IMG/VR virus record: IMGVR_UViG_3300042503_001282
Span: 1 to 62,444 of that record
Direction: 5' to 3' (one strand)
Origin: a virus
Taxonomy: Duplodnaviria > Caudoviricetes
DNA: 62,444 nt
The notes below the pieces were generated by a model. The model was not told where the DNA came from, made no database searches, and saw only the letters and a program-made list of their open reading frames with translations. Below, piece by piece: positions 25,908-36,262 of the stretch. Positions within the stretch are counted from its first letter, which is position 1; each line of letters starts with the position of its first letter. Both the position numbers and the translations under genes were made by a program.

Positions 25908-28900
25908 ATGACAAAAATAGATCTGAGCACACCACCATACTTCGACGATTTCAACGAGAACAAAAAGTTTTACAAGATTCTCTTTCGTCCAGGTCGAGCA
26001 GTTCAAACTCGTGAGTTGAACCAGCTTCAAAGCATATTACAGAATCAGATTTCACGTCTTGGTGGATTCAAGCAAGGTGATATTGTACACCCAGAAAACA
26101 CACTAGGTGTTCGTTTCTTCAACACAACTGTTTTTGCTAAAGTACCTAGAACAGAAGAAAGCCTTACCGCAACAACAAGTCAGCTCGACATGTACTGGCT
26201 CAACAAGACAGTCGAAAGCGAGTTTGGCGTAAAGGGTATCGTTTCTGGATACAGTCTCTCTACTTCGGGCGACAATACAGTTCGTCTATTCATCGATTTG
26301 ACCGAAGCATCGAAGACAACTGGTAGAAACAATTTTGGTAAGAACCAAACCATCAAAACCCAAACCGACATCGACAGTACAATCTCAGTCACTATCGAGA
26401 ACTCACAGTACGCTGTTGGTCGAATCTGCAAAATCAAGATACCGAAGAGCATCTACTACTTCAATGAGTACTTTGTGCTTGTTGATGAGCAAACTCTTTT
26501 CTTAGAGCCAGACAATAAGACTGATGACTCTGCATGGAATACTTACGTCACATGTGAGGTTGGCATAAAGATGGTTGAGAGCATTGTCAACCATTCAAAC
26601 GATCCGTCACTGTATGACAACGCAACCGGCACACCAAACTATGGTGGAATTGGTGCAGACAGATTGCGTATTGAAGGTACTCTTGTAAAACGACCAAACA
26701 ACACCATCGAACAGAACTTCATCAAGCTTCTTGTTCTTCAGAATGGTGCTGTTACTGATGCACCACTCATAAGCAAAGAGTCTCTTGGTCTCACAAGTGA
26801 TGCTGATGCTCGACGTACCTATGAAGAGTCGGGCAACTATACCATTACACCATTCATCGCAGAAGCGAGAGAGTTCTTAGACAACGACAACGGTAACAGA
26901 GGTATTTTTTCTGAACTGAACGACCTCTCTTTTGGTTGGTCTGAAGAAGATGCAATCAATGAAGACATCGCACGTGAGAATGCAGCTAAAGTTGCATTAG
27001 ATGTGTTTAAGCTTAATCCTCCACAGACAGTATTGCACAACAATCGCTACTACCCTGGTACGAGCTATGATGATGTGACTGATGCAACCTCATTCAAGAA
27101 TCTTTGCGATTCGATGATTGGTGTTCAGGTTGAGCCGGGTAAGGCATACGTATATGGATATCCAGTAACACGAGTTGGTGCATCAAAGATTGGTGTTAAG
27201 AAAGCTAGAACATCTGACATTCAACCTTCGAGAAAGATTGAGACTCCAATTGGAAACTACATTCTCATCACGAATGTTTTCGGAGCGCCAGAGTTAAACA
27301 CATCAACATGGGCATACGATGATGTTGAGCTTCACTCAAAGATATTAGACTTGAGTGTGAACCGACCAGCAATTCCATCTGATGACACCAAGATTGGTAC
27401 AGCACGAATCTCTACCATAGGACTTCAGAGTGGCTTTCATGGCTCTAAGAATGCTGTATACCAATTAGCATTTTTTGATATGACTCTTGCTGAAGGGTAT
27501 GAGTACTCTGACATAAAGTCTATCTCTTCTGCTTCAAAGTCATCTGAGGGTAAGACTTTCTTAGCAAACCTTTTACTGAAAGATGTTGAGAAGTACCCAT
27601 CACTCAAGTTTGAGGGTACGATTGAAGCAATAGCAAATCCATACTCATTAACATCGTCTGATGCTATAATTTCAATATTGGACGATAGAAAGGGTCTTAA
27701 TCTTGACTTTTCCACAATAGCAGCACGAGAAGATGCTTTTAACGCACTCTCTATCGGCACATGCATCAAGGTCAACAGTGGTCTTCTCTCAGCTATAGTC
27801 ACTGATTTGAGAAAGATCGATACTGCAAGCGACATCACTGCAACATCTGACAGCGAAACATTCACAACAGTGGCAAATCAAGTTGCTATTACTTTAGAGA
27901 ATGTGCCAGTCATAGACAACCTATTCAAAATTTTTGTTGATGCATCGACAACCCCTCTTGCATCGATAGTATCTGTCAGTGCAGAGACGCCATCAGGCAC
28001 AATTAACGGCACCAACTCAACTTTCACATTAGATAATACACCAATCGAAATTCAAACTGATCGAGTCACAGTAGAGATTTCTGATGAGACTTTGGTGGGT
28101 GATGTAAATGGCGTCAATCGTGCGTTCACCATATCAAATACTGCTATCAACTCGGCTGTAATTTTAACCAAATCTACAGATAATGGTGTTACATTCACGA
28201 CAGTTAGTCCAGATGACTATACCGTATCTGGATCAAAGATAACATTCAAAGTTGTCAATGGTGTCAGTAAAGCACCAGCATCAGGACAAATCATTCGTGC
28301 CAAGTATCTCACAAACATTTACTCTGCAAATGGAAAGAACATTCTTCTTTCAATGCCACCTGCTTCTGGCAGCTCGCTTGCAGTGAACTATAAGTACTAC
28401 AACTACGTAGTCAACAACAAAGAGATAACATTCGCAGAAGCATTCGCAACCGGAACAACAATCAAAGTTGACTACACATATCTCAACAAGAGACGATTAG
28501 AAGTTCGTCTCGACACAACCATCACAGAATCTTCAGTGAGCAGATTAAAGGTTGCGAGAAAGGTGCGAGGTGTCGGCACTTCTTGGAAGAGCAGCACAGG
28601 TCAGTTCTTAGAAAAGGGTGATTGGGTCAAGATTGGTACTGGCGATACAGCTAAAATCTATCAAGTACACTCAACACCAGCAAATGATAATGAGTTGAAT
28701 CTTGATCCAGATCCACTTGAGAAGCAAGTAATAAACGGTCAAGAGGTTCTTGTAAACGCACCTTGGACAAATGGTGCGAAGATGATTTACCTCACCGCAG
28801 AAGCTGTTCGTGAAACATCGAGCGATGCTAATGCAGGTCTTCTCTATAAGCTTCCTCATTCTTATATCAGAACCATTCGTGGTGGTACTAAGAACAACCC

Positions 28901-31900
28901 AGACAGTAGCATCATAGCAACCACATATGAGAGTCGGCATTTTGAAGTGAGATCAGCTAACGGGGGTAACATAATCATCTCAGCAAGAGAGAATGAGTAC
29001 TTTCCATCATTTTCAAACTTATACTATCTCGTCGATCTCGATACCGGATATTGGTTTCAGCTCTTTGGTCCAGACACAACTCCTGAAGATGCTATCGGTG
29101 AGATGGACCCAGATAGACCAGAAACATTCACAGCACGTGTTGTCGTAAACACAAATGCTGATGAAGATGGTGGATCAAACGTCACTTTTCAAACAAACCC
29201 AGATGCAGAGACGAGAAAGTTTGCTATCTGTGTTCCTGTAATCAAGTCATCTTCTGCTGCACGAGAAGCTTCGAAGTCTCTAGTAAAAGGAACTTTTGAA
29301 AATGACATTTACTCAGGACCAGCAGTTGTTATCGACACCGATGCTGTCACCGAAATATCTTTAGGTAAAGCTGATGCACTTCGTATCACTCGTATTGTAT
29401 GTGCTGATGATGGTGGTAAGTATTCTGCAACACCAACAAACAAGTACTTTGAAGGTCCAAGTTTCACCGAAGATGGTGTCGTACACAAAGACATCACCGG
29501 CGCTTACTTGTTCGATAATGGACAAACAGATCACTACTACGGAATTGCAAAAGTTACTCTTCGCCCTGGATTCCCAATACCACAAGGGCAAGTTCGAGTA
29601 GAGTTTGATTATTTCAACCACACCGGAACTGGTGCTCTCTCTAACTACTTCTCTGTCGATTCATACACAGGCTCTGGCGTTTCATACGACGATATTCCAG
29701 AATACACGTCACCGAACGGCGTGGTGTTCGATCTTAAAGAGTGCTTAGACTTCAGACCAAGAGTAAATGATACAAGTGTATCTGAGATTCTGGGACAAAA
29801 GAACTTCGAGTTCTACAAAGAGATTCCACTCGGTAGTGTCACTTGCACCTACCATGTATATGAAGGCAGAAAAGACAGACTATACCTATCGAAAGATGGC
29901 GACATTCTCATCAAAGAAGGTACACCAGGTCTGAATGCTTCAACTCCATCTGAAGCTGACGATGGCATGACTCTTTACAAGGTGAACATTGAACCGTACA
30001 CAAGTACAGCACGTTCATGTACTCTTGAGATGATTGACAACAAGCGATATACGATGCGAGACATCGGCAAGCTTGAGAAGCGAATCAAGAACCTAGAAAA
30101 TGTTACCTCTCTGTCATTCTTAGAAAAAGACACCAAAGAACTTGTCATCAAAGATGCGCTCGGTCAAGACAAGTTCAAGCATGGCTTCATGACAGATACG
30201 TTTGAAAATCCATCGGTTGCTTCTATTAGTCATCCAGATTTCACAGCAGCATTCGACACTCGCATGAGTGAGTTGAAGCCTAGTGTAGAAAACTCACACG
30301 TTTCTATGATGGAAGCTGTGTTGATGCTTCAAGGTTCAACCACCCAAAGCACACTTCAGCTTCAAAACGACGAGCGAGAAGCTAGAAACTACACATCATC
30401 AAACAAAGATACACCAAACAAGAAGACCTCTCTATACACATTGAAATATGACCATGTGACTTTCATAGAGCAACCTCTCTGTAGTCGAGTGATCAACGTA
30501 AATCCATATGCTGTACAGAGTTTCGTTGGAAGTTTGAAGATCACTCCATGGACCGATACGTGGCGTGAAACAAAGGTTGCAGATCCTTTGATTGTGCAAG
30601 ATAGCACCGCATATGAGACTGCATTACGAAACTTCAACGGCAACTCATCACGAATTGATTGGGGTCTTACTGAACAACAGTGGACTGGAACATTTCAAGA
30701 AGACCCAGTTGAGAACGGCAAGCTTGAGTTCATCGAAGCATCTCTTCACTGGCCAGTAAAAGATGGCACATACCTCAAGAGAACTTGGAAGAGAGATGCA
30801 AACGGAAATAACGTAGAAACTTGGGTGTCACATCAGTATACCAAGAAAGAGCTTAAAGAGAAGGGTGGCTGGGCTAAGATTCCTGATGGATATCCTGGTG
30901 CTGGTCAGTACGTGAAGCTCTCTGCCGGTAATGCTAAGGTGCGAAAGGGATACAATGTAGTTCGTGGTACTACTGGTTTCGAATACCGAACTGGTGTCAA
31001 GAACACACTTGTTGATCTTGGCTTTAGTGATCCTGTTACAAGTCAAGAGCGAGTTGTAGACATCGCAGCAGCACAGTTCATTCGCTCAAATGAGATTCAG
31101 TATGAAGGTCGAGGGTTTTTCCCAAACACTAAGCTCTATGCTTACTTCGATGGTGTTGATGTAACTAACTACTGTTATCCAGATCCTGGGTTTGGAGAAG
31201 TTAGAGAAAATGCAGACAATACCATCTTCTCTGGTTCGGGTAAGTTTAAGTTTGATGCAACTTCTATCTCAACATCAGATGATTCGACGGTTCTCGCTGT
31301 AGCTGGATTGTCTTATGCAGAAATAGCAGACGTAAACAACAAGCTCGACTTCGCACTTCTCACAGGTGAAGTGACAACCGAAGGCACAACCCTCAAGGGT
31401 TCATACTCAAGCATAGAAGTTGTAAGCGGAGACTTGTCTAATTACTCTATAACTGAAGGTGACTTGCTTACTGGTCTTGCTGGTCAGGGTGTTGTAACTG
31501 ACGTTTCTGCGGACAAGAAGATTGTATACTTCAACAACACTGGCACAGACACATTCAACACAGTTCAAGACCAAATCACAATTACAAACAACAAGACGAT
31601 TGTTGTTAAAAAAGAGGTCTGCTCTGGTGATCCACGAGTTGATTCTATCTATACTCTTGCACACACGCCAATTCCGGGCACTGGTTCCAATTACCAGCCG
31701 TTGGTTGTGTACCTATATGACAAGACGAATAACATTCCACAAGAGATCAGTTCTACTCTATATACCATAACAGAAAATACGAATGTTATTCGATTCGTCA
31801 ATAACAAGTCGCCAGTCAGTCTCTATTTCCCTGGCGGTGCTCCAAACAATCAATATGAAATTCGTGTTGACTACGCATATGCAGGGTCAAACTACACAAT

Positions 31901-34900
31901 CGTCGATGAAATCGCAGTTCGTGATACCACCGACGCCACAAAGAAGACATACAAAACTAAACACACCATACTAAGAGGTACCAGACCAACAGTAAAAGTG
32001 AATGGTCTTGTAGTATCAGATTCTCAATTTGATTTCACACCGGAGTCAATTTACGTAACACTCACCGTTGCTCCAGGCGATAGTGATGTTGTGCGTATCA
32101 CATACACCACAGCAACTCAGGTGTTTGTTGGTAAACAAATCAACATCGGCACACTCTTCAAGACGGAGCTTATTCCAGGTTCTGTTGTTGTCTTCCCTAA
32201 TGGTGTTGAGAAAGAGATCGTTTCGATACAAGATAATGCAACCGCTACTATGAAGGCTGCGGTAAACGGCGACATCACAGCAAAGACACGATGTGCAGAC
32301 AAGCTCGAAGCACTTCAAACGAAGTTCATCGGCAAGTTTGTAGACATATCGGGTGCATCAAATCTTGACAGAAACATTCTGAACAAGAAGATCATCTCTC
32401 TTAGCTACACACCAGACTCTACGACGAAGTTGAAGTTCAATTTCCACTCGACTCTGATGATGCCTCCAATCGATATGGAAACTGTATCTCTTGTCGTCAA
32501 GAAGCAAGAGATTGGTAAAGATGCTAAGACAAGAAGCGTCACCCTTCAGTGTAATGAATCTGGAAAGATCAAGGGTCGTTTCTGCATACCTGACCCGAAC
32601 GTAGACGGAAACCCTAAGTTCAGAACAGGTGATAAAGCATTCAGACTCACAAACTCACAGAGAAATGAAAGTTTACCTAGTGTGTCACGTGCTGAAGCTG
32701 GCTACTCGGCAAATGGTTGGGTTGATACTAAGCAAGCTGAGATTAAGTCGATTCGTCAATTCAGAGTTGATCAACAAGCTGTATCTGGCGAAAGAACACC
32801 AATCACACTCAAGCAGGTATTTGAAGAATGGGGTCAGGTTTGTCCAGCAGATCCGATTGCTCAGAGCTTCACGGTATCAGACAAAGACGGCATATTCTTG
32901 ACTGCTATCGATGTGTTCTTCTACTCGAAAGACCCTGTGCTTCCAATTCGTCTTCAGATTCGTCCACTCGCTGATGGTGGAACGCCAAGCTCAACTCTCT
33001 TATATGAGAAGAGTATTGATGCGAACGAAGTTGTGATCAACAAGGTTGACTTGAAGACTCAGACAGTTACCGTTATTGGTGCAACGTCAGAAACAGCTCG
33101 AATTGGATTCAACAAGGGTCCATGGAACAAAAAAGAGACCGCAACAACGAATAGTATCTACACCGTAACATCATATGCATACGAGAAAGGTTTGTCATAT
33201 ACCACCATCGAAGATGGCAAACCTGTAGACTACTCTTTCGGCACAAACGAAGACATCAAGAATGCACATTCGTACATGATTCCTACACGATTTGTTTTTG
33301 ATTACCCAATCTACTTAGAGGGTAACAACAAGAACTATTGCTTCGTGTTGTTGACTAACAGTGTGCCACCAGCTCAAGCGGGTGGAGATATTTCTGTTCT
33401 TGAAGGTACATATCAAGCATACTTTGCTCAAACTGGTAAAGCAAATGAGCATCAAGAGCTTGCTACACCTGTACATAGACAGACTGTTCTTGAGCCAGGT
33501 GAAGATGATTTGAACTTCATCTTGGGTACAAACACACTCATCACTTCGATACCACAATCTGATGGACAATTATTCAAGTCACAGAACGGTATCAGTTGGG
33601 TTGGAGATCCTGTTGCCGACTTGAAGTACAAGATTCACAAAGCAAAATTCAACACCGATAGGTCTGCTGATATTGTGTTTGTGAATGAAGACTTAGACTA
33701 TACTCAGCTTGAGTTGAGTCCATTTGAGTCTCGAAAAGGTTCGTCTCTTGTTCGAGTGAACCACACAAATCATGGATTCACTGAAGGCAGTTTCGTATCA
33801 TTCACTGGTCTTGATGGCTACTTGAATGGAATCATGCCACAACAAATCATCAACAAAGACCACACTATTATATCTGCGGCGCTTGATAGCTATATCATCG
33901 ACCTTGGACCAGGTAATGAAGCTGCGGTGACTGGTAATTTTGGTGGTGCAAATGTTCTTGCATCTAAGAACATTCGTTTTGAAGAGATCATGGTGTTGAC
34001 AAGTCCACTCGAAGTTGCAGATACATCTGTAACATGGAGACTTTCATCGGTAACATCTGCTGCGCCAGATGATTCAGAAAGCACACCTTATCAGTTAGTG
34101 GAAAATATTCCATTATCATTGAACGCAAGTGTTCCTATGGATCAATCTCTTCAGGTATGTTCAGCTCGAAATGAACAGAAGATTACAAACCCAGAACAAA
34201 CAGAATGGGCGAAGAAATCTCTCAAGATTATTGCTACACTGTCGAGTAAGAATCCAAACATCTCGCCAGTTATTGATGCAGAGCGATTGGGTGTTGCACT
34301 CAAGACAGTTCGACTCAATAAGCCAGAAGGTGTTGGGTTTGAGAGAAACATCAACAATGAGGTGTTCGATACGTTCGTATGTTTACCGAGTGTGTTGCTC
34401 GATCAAAATACGATTTCTGGAAAGATATTCTTCTCAGACACCGACAACCAGATAACCGGAAGCTCATTCATTCTCAACAAGAAGACTATCACCGGAGTTG
34501 GAAGTCTGTTCACTGTCGAGTTGAAAGTTGGTGATAAGGTGAAGAACCCAACCAACAGTGAGACACGAACCATTGTTGATATTGCAAGCGATACTCAGTT
34601 GACGATTGACTCGCCGTTTAATGTGACTGAGGGTGCTAGTGAGATTGATCAGAAGGTAGATTACCTCACGTACAATCCAGCACGTTTGAAGATCAAGACC
34701 GCAGATAGACTCATAGCTGAGAGACTATCACAGCTTGAAGTTGGAAAATACGTATCACTCTCTGGTACACGAGATGCTGCAAGAGATTTCCATCAAGTGT
34801 TGGTGACGAACAAAGCATACACACCAAACACAACCGATATTGATCCACAGCTTGGTGCACCTAAGCTCTGTGAGATTGAGGTTGATCACTCGTTACCAAA

Positions 34901-35372
34901 CGATGTTGCTGCTGGTTTCGAGTTTGGTATGGTTGGTTCAACTCTGAGACTCACACAGCTCAACCAGTTCATTCACGATATTGGTATAGCGATGACATCA
35001 TCAGCATCGAAGTACATTTCTCGTGAGATGGTGCTTGCTAATCCAGCAAACACGATGAAGGTGCTCTTCGATGGTTGCAGACCACCAGGTGCTGAAATCG
35101 ATCTGTACTACAAGACACTTTCGAGGGATGAGAACATAGACATCTTCGAGAAGCCGTGGACAAAGCTTGAGTACAGCGTAGAGAATAACAGCATATTGAC
35201 GTTTGCTACGCCACCGAACAATGCTAACCACAAGTCGTTTAGTTCGTATGAAGCTAACGCATTGAATCTGCAACCGTTTGTAACACTTCAGGTTAAGGTT
35301 GTGTTGCGTGGTGCTGATGCAGCGATGTATCCAAAGATTCGAAACTTGAGAATCTTGGCTCTGGAGGAATAG
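25908..35372 (+). CDS. very large baseplate-associated structural protein (DUF4815/VrlC-like)
   Basis: PYFDDF...KILFRPGRAVQTRELNQLQSILQ; RRTYEESGNY; NKRYTMRDIGKLEKRI; DPIAQSF; 3154 aa; CATAAATA at 25890. Confidence 0.85.
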   Translation: MTKIDLSTPPYFDDFNENKKFYKILFRPGRAVQTRELNQLQSILQNQISRLGGFKQGDIVHPENTLGVRFFNTTVFAKVPRTEESLTATTSQLDMYWLNKTVESEFGVKGIVSGYSLSTSGDNTVRLFIDLTEASKTTGRNNFGKNQTIKTQTDIDSTISVTIENSQYAVGRICKIKIPKSIYYFNEYFVLVDEQTLFLEPDNKTDDSAWNTYVTCEVGIKMVESIVNHSNDPSLYDNATGTPNYGGIGADRLRIEGTLVKRPNNTIEQNFIKLLVLQNGAVTDAPLISKESLGLTSDADARRTYEESGNYTITPFIAEAREFLDNDNGNRGIFSELNDLSFGWSEEDAINEDIARENAAKVALDVFKLNPPQTVLHNNRYYPGTSYDDVTDATSFKNLCDSMIGVQVEPGKAYVYGYPVTRVGASKIGVKKARTSDIQPSRKIETPIGNYILITNVFGAPELNTSTWAYDDVELHSKILDLSVNRPAIPSDDTKIGTARISTIGLQSGFHGSKNAVYQLAFFDMTLAEGYEYSDIKSISSASKSSEGKTFLANLLLKDVEKYPSLKFEGTIEAIANPYSLTSSDAIISILDDRKGLNLDFSTIAAREDAFNALSIGTCIKVNSGLLSAIVTDLRKIDTASDITATSDSETFTTVANQVAITLENVPVIDNLFKIFVDASTTPLASIVSVSAETPSGTINGTNSTFTLDNTPIEIQTDRVTVEISDETLVGDVNGVNRAFTISNTAINSAVILTKSTDNGVTFTTVSPDDYTVSGSKITFKVVNGVSKAPASGQIIRAKYLTNIYSANGKNILLSMPPASGSSLAVNYKYYNYVVNNKEITFAEAFATGTTIKVDYTYLNKRRLEVRLDTTITESSVSRLKVARKVRGVGTSWKSSTGQFLEKGDWVKIGTGDTAKIYQVHSTPANDNELNLDPDPLEKQVINGQEVLVNAPWTNGAKMIYLTAEAVRETSSDANAGLLYKLPHSYIRTIRGGTKNNPDSSIIATTYESRHFEVRSANGGNIIISARENEYFPSFSNLYYLVDLDTGYWFQLFGPDTTPEDAIGEMDPDRPETFTARVVVNTNADEDGGSNVTFQTNPDAETRKFAICVPVIKSSSAAREASKSLVKGTFENDIYSGPAVVIDTDAVTEISLGKADALRITRIVCADDGGKYSATPTNKYFEGPSFTEDGVVHKDITGAYLFDNGQTDHYYGIAKVTLRPGFPIPQGQVRVEFDYFNHTGTGALSNYFSVDSYTGSGVSYDDIPEYTSPNGVVFDLKECLDFRPRVNDTSVSEILGQKNFEFYKEIPLGSVTCTYHVYEGRKDRLYLSKDGDILIKEGTPGLNASTPSEADDGMTLYKVNIEPYTSTARSCTLEMIDNKRYTMRDIGKLEKRIKNLENVTSLSFLEKDTKELVIKDALGQDKFKHGFMTDTFENPSVASISHPDFTAAFDTRMSELKPSVENSHVSMMEAVLMLQGSTTQSTLQLQNDEREARNYTSSNKDTPNKKTSLYTLKYDHVTFIEQPLCSRVINVNPYAVQSFVGSLKITPWTDTWRETKVADPLIVQDSTAYETALRNFNGNSSRIDWGLTEQQWTGTFQEDPVENGKLEFIEASLHWPVKDGTYLKRTWKRDANGNNVETWVSHQYTKKELKEKGGWAKIPDGYPGAGQYVKLSAGNAKVRKGYNVVRGTTGFEYRTGVKNTLVDLGFSDPVTSQERVVDIAAAQFIRSNEIQYEGRGFFPNTKLYAYFDGVDVTNYCYPDPGFGEVRENADNTIFSGSGKFKFDATSISTSDDSTVLAVAGLSYAEIADVNNKLDFALLTGEVTTEGTTLKGSYSSIEVVSGDLSNYSITEGDLLTGLAGQGVVTDVSADKKIVYFNNTGTDTFNTVQDQITITNNKTIVVKKEVCSGDPRVDSIYTLAHTPIPGTGSNYQPLVVYLYDKTNNIPQEISSTLYTITENTNVIRFVNNKSPVSLYFPGGAPNNQYEIRVDYAYAGSNYTIVDEIAVRDTTDATKKTYKTKHTILRGTRPTVKVNGLVVSDSQFDFTPESIYVTLTVAPGDSDVVRITYTTATQVFVGKQINIGTLFKTELIPGSVVVFPNGVEKEIVSIQDNATATMKAAVNGDITAKTRCADKLEALQTKFIGKFVDISGASNLDRNILNKKIISLSYTPDSTTKLKFNFHSTLMMPPIDMETVSLVVKKQEIGKDAKTRSVTLQCNESGKIKGRFCIPDPNVDGNPKFRTGDKAFRLTNSQRNESLPSVSRAEAGYSANGWVDTKQAEIKSIRQFRVDQQAVSGERTPITLKQVFEEWGQVCPADPIAQSFTVSDKDGIFLTAIDVFFYSKDPVLPIRLQIRPLADGGTPSSTLLYEKSIDANEVVINKVDLKTQTVTVIGATSETARIGFNKGPWNKKETATTNSIYTVTSYAYEKGLSYTTIEDGKPVDYSFGTNEDIKNAHSYMIPTRFVFDYPIYLEGNNKNYCFVLLTNSVPPAQAGGDISVLEGTYQAYFAQTGKANEHQELATPVHRQTVLEPGEDDLNFILGTNTLITSIPQSDGQLFKSQNGISWVGDPVADLKYKIHKAKFNTDRSADIVFVNEDLDYTQLELSPFESRKGSSLVRVNHTNHGFTEGSFVSFTGLDGYLNGIMPQQIINKDHTIISAALDSYIIDLGPGNEAAVTGNFGGANVLASKNIRFEEIMVLTSPLEVADTSVTWRLSSVTSAAPDDSESTPYQLVENIPLSLNASVPMDQSLQVCSARNEQKITNPEQTEWAKKSLKIIATLSSKNPNISPVIDAERLGVALKTVRLNKPEGVGFERNINNEVFDTFVCLPSVLLDQNTISGKIFFSDTDNQITGSSFILNKKTITGVGSLFTVELKVGDKVKNPTNSETRTIVDIASDTQLTIDSPFNVTEGASEIDQKVDYLTYNPARLKIKTADRLIAERLSQLEVGKYVSLSGTRDAARDFHQVLVTNKAYTPNTTDIDPQLGAPKLCEIEVDHSLPNDVAAGFEFGMVGSTLRLTQLNQFIHDIGIAMTSSASKYISREMVLANPANTMKVLFDGCRPPGAEIDLYYKTLSRDENIDIFEKPWTKLEYSVENNSILTFATPPNNANHKSFSSYEANALNLQPFVTLQVKVVLRGADAAMYPKIRNLRILALEE

Positions 35373-35373
35373 T

Positions 35374-35616
35374 ATGAAAGATAAGTATCTTAGAGTTGAC
35401 ACCGAAGAGCACATGTATCGAGATACCGATACGAACGCTATCATCAACGTGAACGACATAGCATACGAACAGCACAGAAAAACCAAAGAGTTCTTGAAGA
35501 GAAAACATCTTGAAGAGAAACAAAAAGAAGCAAGGCTAAATACTCTTGAGAAAGAAGTAGCTGGTCTTAAAGAGGGTATAGGTCAAATTTTGGATATTTT
35601 GAAAAATGGCAGATAA
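35374..35616 (+). CDS. small conserved-type coiled-coil protein
   Basis: YRDTDTNAIIN motif and C-terminal heptads. Confidence 0.75.
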   Translation: MKDKYLRVDTEEHMYRDTDTNAIINVNDIAYEQHRKTKEFLKRKHLEEKQKEARLNTLEKEVAGLKEGIGQILDILKNGR

Positions 35617-35842
35617 CTTGACAAAGCCACATTATGTTGACATAGCCCATAGCTTCGATATTTGGCGTCAAGTCACCAACCTCATACACAGAGATCAGGG
35701 TGACATCACATTATTAGAGGTTAAGGATGATGCACATCCAAGTCGAGAGTTCTTGAATTTGGTCGATGTTGTCAATTTCGTTTATTTGAGCACACAAGCT
35801 AGGTTGAGACATATTCTCGTAAAGTCTATAGGCATGAGCTAA
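35606..35842 (+). CDS. small structural protein
   Basis: SFDIWRQVTN, a fibre N-terminus-like motif. Confidence 0.6.
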   Translation: MADNLTKPHYVDIAHSFDIWRQVTNLIHRDQGDITLLEVKDDAHPSREFLNLVDVVNFVYLSTQARLRHILVKSIGMS

Positions 35843-35855
35843 TGAAGGTAATGAT

Positions 35856-36251
35856 ATGAGTTTAGCTGGACAGTTCAAAAATGCAATTAAGCCAAATGTC
35901 GGCAAAGTGGTGATAGTTCTTGAGGATGGCACCAAAGAGCTTGTCAATGACGGCTTCACGGTTGTCTACACGACGCCAAATACTGTAGCGAGTTTTGCAT
36001 CGTATGTGATTGAGTGTGATATTGCATGTGTCAGTGATAGTGGAGTTCAAGTTTCTGTTCGTGTCAAGAAAGCTGACGGCACAAAAGCACACGTGATTAA
36101 GAATGCTCCGGTGCCTGTGGGGTCTTCTATTCAGATTATTGATGGTCAAAAGATCGTGCTCGAAAGTGGCGACTCATTAGAGGTTATGTGCGAAACCGAA
36201 GGAGAAGAAGTTGATGTCATCGTCTCTCTTGTAGAAAATGTTAATAGCTAG
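35856..36251 (+). CDS. virion structural protein
   Basis: IKNAPVPVGSS...KIVLESGDSL...DVIVSLVE beta-sandwich pattern. Confidence 0.7.
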   Translation: MSLAGQFKNAIKPNVGKVVIVLEDGTKELVNDGFTVVYTTPNTVASFASYVIECDIACVSDSGVQVSVRVKKADGTKAHVIKNAPVPVGSSIQIIDGQKIVLESGDSLEVMCETEGEEVDVIVSLVENVNS

Positions 36252-36262
36252 GAACACCAAAC

